Of a stretch of DNA of 64,000 bases, positions 1-7,835 are shown piece by piece. The notes under the pieces are model-generated. The model had not been told where the DNA came from, did not search any database, and saw only the letters and a program-made list of their open reading frames with translations. Both the position numbers and the translations under genes were made by a program. Source of the stretch: Vicinamibacterales bacterium (GTDB lineage: Bacteria; Acidobacteriota; Vicinamibacteria; Vicinamibacterales; UBA2999); contig JAUXWO010000111.1 in NCBI GenBank assembly GCA_030680175.1, positions 65,145 to 129,144 of the forward strand, given 5' to 3'. Position 1 is the first letter of the stretch, and each line of letters begins with the position of its first letter.

Positions 1-2
1 GC

Positions 3-206
3 GAGGGCGACTTCGGCCGCCGGTGCCTCGCCGCGTTCGAGCGCTCCGAGATCCGGAAGCAGGGGTTCCTCGACAACGCCTACTTCACCGATCTCCTCAC
101 CCGGCAGATCGACGGGCGGGGCGGCTACAGCTTCCACCTGTGGACCGTGCTCAACGCGGTGCTGTGGCACGCCTCCTGGATCGAAGGACGCGAAGACTGC
201 CTATGA
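3..206 (+). CDS. Asparagine synthase-like amidotransferase, C-terminal fragment (5' end outside window)
   Basis: The frame is open from the window edge to TGA at 204-206. The translation ...GGYSFHLWTVLNAVLWHASWIEGREDCL resembles the C-terminal tails of the complete AsnB paralogs here (e.g. RRLLIWSLLNLETWCETFL, GLWGLLNVELWAQTFL). Its stop overlaps the next start (ATGA). It is absent from the ORF track because it has no start codon. Confidence 0.45.
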   Translation, partial: EGDFGRRCLAAFERSEIRKQGFLDNAYFTDLLTRQIDGRGGYSFHLWTVLNAVLWHASWIEGREDCL

Positions 207-1180
207 GCGATACCCGCACGGACGTCCCCGAGATCAGCGTCGTGCTCCCGGTCTACAACGAAGCGGACGGCTTGCGCACGCTGTACGACCGGCTCGTCGG
301 CGTGCTCGACGGCTTCGGCCGGAGCTACGAGATCATCTTCGTCAACGACGGGAGCCGCGACGGGTCGTGGGCCGGCATCATGGCGCTGGCCAACGCCGAT
401 CCGCGCGTGTGCGGCGTGAACCTGAGCCGCAACTTTGGCCACCAGATCGCCATCACGGCGGGCATGGACCTGAGCCGCGGCCGCACCGTCGTGGTGATGG
501 ACTCGGACCTGCAGGATCCGCCGGAGCTCATCCCCGAGCTGTACGCGAAGTACGCGGACGGCTTCGACGTGGCGTACGCCCAGCGGCGGACGCGCGACGG
601 CGAGACGCGGTTCAAGAAGCTGACGGCCAAGCTCTTCTACCGCCTGATCCGCCGCATGACGTCGATCGACATCCCGGTGGACACGGGCGACTTCCGCCTG
701 ATGTCCCGGCGCGTGGTCGACGACCTGAAGCGGCTGCACGAGCACAGCCGGTTCGTCCGCGGCCTCGTGACCTGGGTGGGCTACAACCAGGCCCCCGTGT
801 TCTACGACCGCAAGCCGCGCTACGGCGGCGTGACGAAGTACCCGTTCGCGAAGATGCTGCGCTTCGCCATCGACGGGATCACGGGCTTCTCGAGCGAGCC
901 GCTGCGGTTCGGGTCGCACGCGGGGCTGCTGTTCGCGATGGCGAGCCTCGCCCTGATGATCGGGTTCATGGTCTACAAGCTGGCGGGCGGGCAGGGCCTC
1001 GTCCCGGGCTGGACCTCGCTCATCGTCGTGCTCCTGTTCCTCGGCGGCGTCCAGTTGCTGGCCGTCGGCATCCTGGGCGAGTACATCGGGCGCATCTACG
1101 ACGAGGTCAAGCGCCGCCCGCTGTACCTCGTCCGCGACGCCGTCAACATCGACGCGCCCGAGCGTCCACCCCACGGCTGA
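203..1180 (+). CDS. Glycosyltransferase family 2, polyprenyl-phosphate sugar synthase type (ArnC/GtrB/DPM1-like), paralog 1
   Basis: ORF 23..1180 trimmed to Met61 (MSDTRTDVPEISVVLPVYNE). GT-A motifs VVLPVYNE, FVNDGSRDGS and MDSDLQDPPE are present. Two C-terminal TM helices are followed by the GEYIGRIYDEVKRRPLY tail typical of this subfamily. ATGA overlap with the upstream stop. Confidence 0.85.
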   Translation: MSDTRTDVPEISVVLPVYNEADGLRTLYDRLVGVLDGFGRSYEIIFVNDGSRDGSWAGIMALANADPRVCGVNLSRNFGHQIAITAGMDLSRGRTVVVMDSDLQDPPELIPELYAKYADGFDVAYAQRRTRDGETRFKKLTAKLFYRLIRRMTSIDIPVDTGDFRLMSRRVVDDLKRLHEHSRFVRGLVTWVGYNQAPVFYDRKPRYGGVTKYPFAKMLRFAIDGITGFSSEPLRFGSHAGLLFAMASLALMIGFMVYKLAGGQGLVPGWTSLIVVLLFLGGVQLLAVGILGEYIGRIYDEVKRRPLYLVRDAVNIDAPERPPHG

Positions 1181-1191
1181 GCCTGCCCGAG

Positions 1192-1878
1192 ATGGAATCG
1201 TTCGATCACTACGCGCCGGGCTACGAAGACAAGCTCCGCGATCCCCTGCGGGATCGCTTCGCCGGTGGTGCCCAGTTCTTCATCGATCAGAAGTGCAAGA
1301 TCGTCCGCGGGCGGCTGCCCGCGCCGGCCGGGCGCCGGCTGCGCCTGCTCGACGCCGGGTGCGGCCAGGGGACCGCGTTTGCGGCCTTCGGCCCCGGCAT
1401 CAAGGTGTTCGGGTCCGACGTGTCGCTGCCGATGCTCGGCGAGGCGGTCGCCCGCGGCCCGGTCGTCGCGCAGGAGCCCTACGACCTGCCCTTTGCCGAC
1501 GGCACCTTCGACGCGGTCTACGCGTTCTGCATCTACCACCACATCCCCGATGAGCACCACGTCAGGCACCTGCGGGAGCTGCGCCGCGTCGTCGCGCCCG
1601 GCGGCGAGGTGATGGTGTTCGAACACAACCCCTACAACCCGGTGACCGCGCGGATCTTCAAGCGCGCGCCCGTCGACGAGGGGTGCCACATGATTGCGCC
1701 GCCCGTCCTGCGCGAGACGTTCCGCCAGGCCGGGTTCGACGACCTCGAGCAGGGGTACTGCCTGTTCGTCCCCGAGCCGCTGCAGCCGGTGCTCGGCTGG
1801 ATCGAGCCGCGACTGGCCTGGCTGCCGCTCGGCGGCCAGTACTTCGTCGCGGGTCGCAAGGGAAGCCCCGCCCGATGA
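1192..1878 (+). CDS. Class I SAM-dependent methyltransferase
   Basis: ORF 367..1878 trimmed to MESFDHYAPGY at 1192. Motif I LLDAGCGQGT, then FDAVYAFCIYHHI and APGGEVMVFEHN. Confidence 0.8.
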   Translation: MESFDHYAPGYEDKLRDPLRDRFAGGAQFFIDQKCKIVRGRLPAPAGRRLRLLDAGCGQGTAFAAFGPGIKVFGSDVSLPMLGEAVARGPVVAQEPYDLPFADGTFDAVYAFCIYHHIPDEHHVRHLRELRRVVAPGGEVMVFEHNPYNPVTARIFKRAPVDEGCHMIAPPVLRETFRQAGFDDLEQGYCLFVPEPLQPVLGWIEPRLAWLPLGGQYFVAGRKGSPAR

Positions 1879-4499
1879 TGCCGATCCGGCTGCCACGTCC
1901 GACTCGAACCGCGATCGCGAACGCGTGTCTCGAAGCCGCGCTCGTGTGCGTCGTGTGCCTCGGGGCGTATCAGGTGGCGTTTCGCCAGGTCGACGCGGTC
2001 CACCAGGCGTCGCTGATCGACTGGGAGGTCAGGCCGGCGATCATGATGGCCTGCGGGTACGGCTTCTCGGAGCCCGCCGAGCGCACCACCGTCGTCTCGG
2101 AGTTCACCACCCGCGCGCGGGAGTCGGTCGGCTGTGAGGAGTTTGCCGGGGCCGGTACGCCCGGACCGGCCGTCTCCATCGCCAACGCCAACCGCTATTC
2201 CATCTACGGTGCGGCGCTGGCCATGCGCATCGGCGGCGTGTCCTGGCGCACGCTGGATGCCTATCTCTCCGTCCTCTTCGCGCTGTCGATGGCGTTCGTG
2301 TACGGCCTGTTCCGACAGGCGACCGGACGGACCGTCGCGCTTGCCGGCGTGGCCGCGCTCGTCTGCTCGCCGATGCTGATGGAGATCGCGTCACTGCGGG
2401 ACTTCATCAAGCTGCCCTGCTTCACGGCCCTGTGGCTCGTCCTGGCGTGGGTGATTCGCCGAGGCCTGGCGGACGGTGCGCGTGCAACGCTGCTCCCGAT
2501 GGCCGTCGCCGGCGCGCTCATCGGGATCGGCATCGGCCTGCGCATGGACGCGCTGGTGCTCGCGCCCGTCTTCGTGCTCGCGGTGATTCTCGGCGTGCCC
2601 GGATTCGGCCGGCCCGACCTGCTGCGAAAGGGCGCCGCCACGGCGCTGTTCGTGGTGGCGTTCCTGATCGCGGGCAACCCGATCCTGCGGTCGCTGTCGT
2701 CGGGGTCCAACTTCCCGCACTTCGTCGTGCTGGGCGCCATGGAGCCATTCGACCGCGGCCTCAGCATCGATCGGGCGCCCTATGACGTCGGGGCGCTCTA
2801 CGCGGATGGGTTCGCGTGGACGGTGATCGCGTCGCACGGCATCTACGCCCAGGGGGCGCGGCTCCCGATCCTGCTGGGCTCGCCGGAGTACGACCGCGTC
2901 GGCATGGGCCTGCTGCGCGAGCTCGGCCTGCAATTCCCGGCGGACGTGATCGCGCGCGCCCTCGGGGCGACGCAGCAGCTCTTCCGGTTCCCGTTCGACC
3001 GGCGCCTGCGGGAGGGCGTGCGGTGGCTGCCCGCGTTCCAGGACGCGCCGTGGAGCGCGACGGTCGTCGAGTGGCGCGCACGGGCGCTCGGGTTCTTCGA
3101 GGGGCGGGAGGTGGCGGCCGCGCTGTTCGTCCTGGCCCTCGCCTCGGCGTTCCACTGGCGGCTGGGCCCCATCGGGCTCGTGCTGGCGCTGCTGCTCTGC
3201 GGGTACTCGATGCTGCAGTTCTCGCGGCGTCACATGTTCCATCTCGATGTCATCCCCATCTTCATGACGATCCTCGCGGTCTCGCTGCCCGTCACGCTGG
3301 CCGTGCGCCTGGTCGTGGCGTTCCGGCAGGGCCGCACGGAGGGATGGCAGGCCGTGCGCAGTCACGGCCGCCGGATGGCGATCGGCCTGGCGGTCGTGCT
3401 CCTGCTGCTGGCCGCCCTGGGGGGCACGCTGCGGGCGGCACAGGCATGGCAGCAGGCCTCCGTGTCCCGGCTCATGACGGCGACCCTGCGCGCCGAGTGG
3501 ACTCCGGCGGCCGTGCACGAGGAATCGCTGGCCCCGTTCATCACCCGGAACGGGGACCCGCTCGCGACGTGGCAGCAGCTGTATCACGCGCGTCCGGACC
3601 TCTGGCGCGACGCGACGCTCCTGCGCGTCGACGGCGTCGTGCCCCTCGGCGAGGAACCCCTCGGATCCGGCGACCTCCAGCAGCAGTACTTCCGGGTCAT
3701 CCTCGAGCCTCGCTGCGACGCGCGCCGCGTCTCCATCGGCCTGACGTACTCCGGCGCCATCGACAGCTTCGACTCGCGGTACACGCGCGTGTACCAGGCG
3801 CGCGTGTCGGACGAAGGCCACACGGAGCTGCTCGTGCCCGTCTACTACCACCTCGGGACGAACTGGACCCGCTTCGACGGGTTCGGCGTGCCGGCGGCGC
3901 AGCGCGCCTGCGTGACGCAGGTGCTCAGGGCGCGCGATCCGGCGGCGCTGCCGATGCCGGTGATGAGCGCCGTCCTGGAGCCTGGGTGGCAGGACCGCCC
4001 GCTGTTTCAGCGGTTGCGCCAGCGGCCGCAGGTGACGGCGGCCGGGACCGCCGTGGACCCGCACCCCGACGACCCGGAGGTGCGGCGCTCCGGCTGGCGC
4101 AGGGACGGCGTCGTTCCGCTCGCGCACGAGGTCCCCCCGCTCGATACGTGGGGGCTCGGAGAGCATGTGACCGTCACCCCGACACCGTCGGGCTTCGAGG
4201 TGCGGGGCAACGACGTGCCGTCCGGCTACCAGCTCGTGGGCCCGCTCATTGCCGTCGAGCCGCGCCAGGTGCTGGCGATCCAGATCATCGGGGCCGTCAA
4301 GACGGGCGAGATGTGCGTCGGCGTCCTGGACGGCGCCCAGCAGCGGTGGTTGATGTCGCCGACCGATGCCAGGATCGGGCTGTTGACGGACACGGCAGAC
4401 GAGACGCATGTGCGGATCGTCTTCTCCAATTGCGCCCATCCGCCGGGGACCTTCGAGGTCCGTGCCGTGACATACGAGACGTTTCCCCGTGAAGAGTGA
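1875..4499 (+). CDS. Large polytopic membrane protein, family A paralog 1 (GT-C-like; putative periplasmic glycosyltransferase/polymerase) with C-terminal GYQ-RW module
   Basis: ORF 1683..4499 trimmed to ATG 1875 (ATGA overlap). About 874 aa; the N-terminal ~560 aa has many hydrophobic segments. Shares motifs PAIMMACGYGF, SLRDFIKLP and LQFSRRHMFHL with CDS 48299 and 50262. The last ~115 aa carry the GYQ...RW module. The biochemical function is inferred only. Confidence 0.55.
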   Translation: MMPIRLPRPTRTAIANACLEAALVCVVCLGAYQVAFRQVDAVHQASLIDWEVRPAIMMACGYGFSEPAERTTVVSEFTTRARESVGCEEFAGAGTPGPAVSIANANRYSIYGAALAMRIGGVSWRTLDAYLSVLFALSMAFVYGLFRQATGRTVALAGVAALVCSPMLMEIASLRDFIKLPCFTALWLVLAWVIRRGLADGARATLLPMAVAGALIGIGIGLRMDALVLAPVFVLAVILGVPGFGRPDLLRKGAATALFVVAFLIAGNPILRSLSSGSNFPHFVVLGAMEPFDRGLSIDRAPYDVGALYADGFAWTVIASHGIYAQGARLPILLGSPEYDRVGMGLLRELGLQFPADVIARALGATQQLFRFPFDRRLREGVRWLPAFQDAPWSATVVEWRARALGFFEGREVAAALFVLALASAFHWRLGPIGLVLALLLCGYSMLQFSRRHMFHLDVIPIFMTILAVSLPVTLAVRLVVAFRQGRTEGWQAVRSHGRRMAIGLAVVLLLLAALGGTLRAAQAWQQASVSRLMTATLRAEWTPAAVHEESLAPFITRNGDPLATWQQLYHARPDLWRDATLLRVDGVVPLGEEPLGSGDLQQQYFRVILEPRCDARRVSIGLTYSGAIDSFDSRYTRVYQARVSDEGHTELLVPVYYHLGTNWTRFDGFGVPAAQRACVTQVLRARDPAALPMPVMSAVLEPGWQDRPLFQRLRQRPQVTAAGTAVDPHPDDPEVRRSGWRRDGVVPLAHEVPPLDTWGLGEHVTVTPTPSGFEVRGNDVPSGYQLVGPLIAVEPRQVLAIQIIGAVKTGEMCVGVLDGAQQRWLMSPTDARIGLLTDTADETHVRIVFSNCAHPPGTFEVRAVTYETFPREE

Positions 4500-5613
4500 A
4501 CCCCTCGCGACCGCCGGCCCCGTGACCGAGCGCACGATCATCCACGTCGTCGGCGCGCGGCCGAACTTCATGAAGATCGCGCCCCTGATGGAGGCGATGC
4601 GGGCCGAGCCGCGGTTCCGGCAGGTGCTCGTCAACACCGGGCAGCACTACGACGAGAAGATGGCAGGCGGGTTCTTCCGCGAACTCAAGCTGCCCACCCC
4701 CGACCGTGACCTGGGCGTCGGCTCCGGCACGCACGCCGTCCAGACGGCGAAGGTGATGGTGGCGTTCGAGGACGCCTGCCTCGAACTGAAGCCGGACCTT
4801 GTTGTCGTGGTCGGCGACGTCAACTCGACGATGGCGGCCACGCTGGTGGCGGCGAAGCTGGGCATTCGCGTCGCGCACGTCGAAGCCGGGCTGCGCAGCG
4901 GCGACCGCACGATGCCCGAGGAGATCAACCGGATCGTCACCGACCGGCTCGCGGATCTTCTGTTGACCCCGTCGCGGGACGGCGACGAGCACCTGCTGGC
5001 CGAAGGGGTCCCCCCCGAGCGCATCCGGTTCGTCGGCAACATCATGATCGACACGCTGCACCGGCACCTGCCGATGGCCACCTTCGATCGCATCCGCGAC
5101 CGGGTGCCGGTCGAGCCGGGGCAGTACGCGGTGCTGACGCTGCACCGCCCGTCGAACGTCGATCACCCGGCGACGTTCGAGAGCATCCTCGCCGCGCTCC
5201 GCGACATCGCCCGCGACCTGCCCATCGTGTTTCCGGTGCACCCGCGCACCCGCGCGCGCATGGCCGAATTCGGCATCGACACGGGCGCCGGCGGGTTCGT
5301 CCTGACCGAGCCGCTCGGCTACATCGACTTCCTGAGCCTCACGTCGCATGCCCGGCTCATCCTGACCGACTCCGGCGGGCTGCAGGAAGAGTCCACCGCG
5401 CTCGGCATCCCGTGCCTGACGCTGCGGGAGAACACGGAGCGCCCCGTCACCATCACGCACGGGACGAACCAGCTCGTCGGGACGCGCACCGAGGACATCC
5501 TCGCGGGCTACCGTCGCGCGACGACGGGGGCGGTGCCGGAGGGGAAGCCGGAGCTCTGGGACGGACGGACGGCGGAGCGCATCACCGGCGTGTTCCGGGA
5601 GTTCCTCCGCTAG
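4489..5613 (+). CDS. wecB: UDP-N-acetylglucosamine 2-epimerase (non-hydrolysing), copy 1
   Basis: Motifs IIHVVGARPNFMKIAPL, VNTGQHYD, HVEAGLRS and DSGGLQEE. The 374-aa length is typical of the family. Confidence 0.9.
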   Translation: MKSEPLATAGPVTERTIIHVVGARPNFMKIAPLMEAMRAEPRFRQVLVNTGQHYDEKMAGGFFRELKLPTPDRDLGVGSGTHAVQTAKVMVAFEDACLELKPDLVVVVGDVNSTMAATLVAAKLGIRVAHVEAGLRSGDRTMPEEINRIVTDRLADLLLTPSRDGDEHLLAEGVPPERIRFVGNIMIDTLHRHLPMATFDRIRDRVPVEPGQYAVLTLHRPSNVDHPATFESILAALRDIARDLPIVFPVHPRTRARMAEFGIDTGAGGFVLTEPLGYIDFLSLTSHARLILTDSGGLQEESTALGIPCLTLRENTERPVTITHGTNQLVGTRTEDILAGYRRATTGAVPEGKPELWDGRTAERITGVFREFLR

Positions 5614-5705
5614 GTGGGATCGCGTCTGCGCGCGGTGGCCCTGACGCTCGGTCGTCTGGATATCGTCCGACCGGATGGCGTCGTCGCGCCGCTGGAGTGG
5701 CGCCG

Positions 5706-7781
5706 GTGACGCCCGCTCGAGCGCTCGCACTGGCCGGCAAGCTCTTCACGAAGCCGCCCGCCTACACGCTGATGCGCGCGCGGCAGGAGGCGGCGCGGGT
5801 GCTGTGGCGGCCGTGGACGCGGGTGCGGCCGGCGCTGTTCGACGAGCGGGCGTTCCTGCGCACGGTGGGGGCGGCCTCCGTCGATGCGTACTGGGAGGCG
5901 CGCGCGGCCGCACCCTTCTTCCTGAACCCGTCCGACCGCGACGGGTGGGCGGAGGCGTTCCGGGCGCGCTGGCCCGGCGCGCAGGCGGAGATCGTCGACG
6001 CCGCCGCACGCGTGCTGCGTCACGAGTTCGACCTGCTGGGGTCGGGCCCGAAGGCGCTTGGCCCACGGTTGCCGTGGCACGAGGACTTCAAGACCGGGCG
6101 CGTGTGGCCGCTGCAGTACAGCCCCGATATCGAGTTCTCCGAACTGGACAAGCCCACCGACGTCAAGGTGCCATGGGAGCTGAGCCGCTGCCAGCACGTC
6201 GGCGTGCTCGGCCAGGCGTACTGGCTGACCGGCGACGAGCGCTACGCGCAGGAGTACGTCGACGAGATCACGGACTGGATCGCGCGCAATCCGTGGGGGC
6301 ACGGCGTCAACTGGATCTGCGCGATGGACGTCGCCCTCCGCGCGGTCAACTGGATCTGGGGCTTCCACTTCTTCGCGGGCAGCCGCGCGTGTGCCGACCC
6401 GGCGTTTCGCGGCGCGCTGCTCCGGAGCCTCCACCTCCACGGCGAGTGGGTGGCGTCTCATCTGGAGAAGGGGCCGGTCAACGGCAACCACTATCTCTCC
6501 GACGGCGTGGGGCTCGTGTTTCTCGGCACGTTCTTCGACGGCGTGGGCGCGGCGGGCCGGTGGCTCGAGACCGGGCGCGCGATCGTCCTCGACGAGATGC
6601 TCGTCCAGGTCACGGCGGACGGCGTGGACTTCGAGGCGTCCACCGCGTATCACCGGCTCGTGATGGAGTTGTTTCTCACGGCGTACCTCCGGCTCCGCCA
6701 CTACGGGGAGACGATTCCCGACGCGCAGTGGACGAGGCTCGAGCGCATGGCGGCGTTCGTCGAGGCGTACGTGAAGCCGGACGGACTGGCGCCGCTCGTC
6801 GGGGATGCCGATGACGGGCGCGTGCAGATCCTGGGGCGGCAGGCGATCGGCGACCATCGGTACCTGCTGTCGACATGCGCCGTGCTCTTCGGCCGCGGCG
6901 ACTTCAAGCGCGGCGCCGGTGGCTTCCACGAAGAATCGTTCTGGATGCTTGGCCCCGCGGGAGCGGACGCGTTCGACGCGCTGGCGGAGGGGCCTGGCGT
7001 ACCGGCGTCGGCAGGCTTTGCCGAGGGGGGCTACTACGTGCTGCGCGACGGCGCCACGCACGTCTTCATCGACTGCGCTGACGTCGGCATGCGGGGGATT
7101 GGCGGACACGGGCACAACGACATCCTGTCGTTCGAGCTGGTGCTCGATGGCGTGCCGGTGGTGACCGACTGCGGAGCCTACCTGTATACTGCGTCGAGGG
7201 AGTGGCGGAACCGGTTTCGCAGCACGGCGTTCCACGCGACGATCCAGGTGGATGGCGAGGAAGTGAATCGCTTTCTCGGGCCCGACGCGCTGTGGCAACT
7301 CCACGCCGATGCGACACCCGACGCGGTGTCCTTCCGGACCGGCCCCGGCGGCGCGCGCGTCCGGGGCGCCCATCTCGGCTACCAGCGGCTGCCGTCCCCC
7401 GTTCGCGTCCAGCGTGACGTGGCGCTCGCGGCCGGCGCGCCGGCGGTGTTCGTGGCCGATGTCCTCGAAGGAGAGGGCCGGCACCGCGTGACGTGGCGCT
7501 TTCCATTGCCGCCCGACCTCGAACCCGTCGTCGACGGGCACGACGTGCGGCTCGCCCGTGGGGCGGCGGAGCGCTGGGTGCTGCCCGTGCGGGGGCACCA
7601 GGGACTCGTCTGGAAGGTCGAGGCCGGCTGGGTCTCGCCGAGCTACGGCGTGCGGCACGAGACGCGCGTGCTGAGACTGGAGGGCGACCTGCAGCTGCCG
7701 CACCGCCTGACGTTGCTGTTTACTACGCGCTGGCGATCCGCACACGAGCGGTCCGCCGATCTCGAGGGACTCGCGGGCTGA
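5706..7781 (+). CDS. Heparinase II/III-like protein, copy 1 (no signal peptide)
   Basis: ORF 5412..7781 trimmed to GTG 5706 (alternative GTG at 5697). Motifs VKVPWELSRCQH, GVNWICAMDVALRAVNW, NGNHYLSDGVGL, FEASTAYHRLV and GHGHNDILSFEL are typical of the heparinase II/III family. The N-terminus is not hydrophobic. Confidence 0.75.
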   Translation: MTPARALALAGKLFTKPPAYTLMRARQEAARVLWRPWTRVRPALFDERAFLRTVGAASVDAYWEARAAAPFFLNPSDRDGWAEAFRARWPGAQAEIVDAAARVLRHEFDLLGSGPKALGPRLPWHEDFKTGRVWPLQYSPDIEFSELDKPTDVKVPWELSRCQHVGVLGQAYWLTGDERYAQEYVDEITDWIARNPWGHGVNWICAMDVALRAVNWIWGFHFFAGSRACADPAFRGALLRSLHLHGEWVASHLEKGPVNGNHYLSDGVGLVFLGTFFDGVGAAGRWLETGRAIVLDEMLVQVTADGVDFEASTAYHRLVMELFLTAYLRLRHYGETIPDAQWTRLERMAAFVEAYVKPDGLAPLVGDADDGRVQILGRQAIGDHRYLLSTCAVLFGRGDFKRGAGGFHEESFWMLGPAGADAFDALAEGPGVPASAGFAEGGYYVLRDGATHVFIDCADVGMRGIGGHGHNDILSFELVLDGVPVVTDCGAYLYTASREWRNRFRSTAFHATIQVDGEEVNRFLGPDALWQLHADATPDAVSFRTGPGGARVRGAHLGYQRLPSPVRVQRDVALAAGAPAVFVADVLEGEGRHRVTWRFPLPPDLEPVVDGHDVRLARGAAERWVLPVRGHQGLVWKVEAGWVSPSYGVRHETRVLRLEGDLQLPHRLTLLFTTRWRSAHERSADLEGLAG

Positions 7782-7835
7782 GGCCTGCGGCACGCGCCTC
7801 GTTCGTCACTGTTCCGGTCCGAAGACACACCTCCC

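Noticed and set aside
367-1191. N-terminal extensions in the ORF track, such as 367..1878, 1683..4499, 5412..7781, 13610..14818, 20155..22539, 30430..32463, 32597..34156, 38949..42356, 46334..48298 and 55609..58092.
   Set aside because: The extensions overlap the preceding gene out of frame and translate to Arg/Pro/Gly-rich junk. In each case an internal ATG or GTG at an NTGA overlap, or just after the upstream stop, begins the recognisable domain.
2816-4492. Long alternative-frame + strand ORFs inside real genes, such as 2816..4492, 8660..10507, 28115..29890, 53469..54731 and 61021..62292.
   Set aside because: Their composition is Arg/Gly/Pro/Ala-rich and low-complexity. They are fully nested in genes with clear homology-type motifs in another frame.
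5706-7781. The heparinase-like genes as markers of a polysaccharide-utilisation (catabolic) locus.
   Set aside because: There are no signal peptides, no SusC/D or other uptake genes, and no sugar-catabolic genes. The genes are translationally coupled to biosynthetic enzymes.
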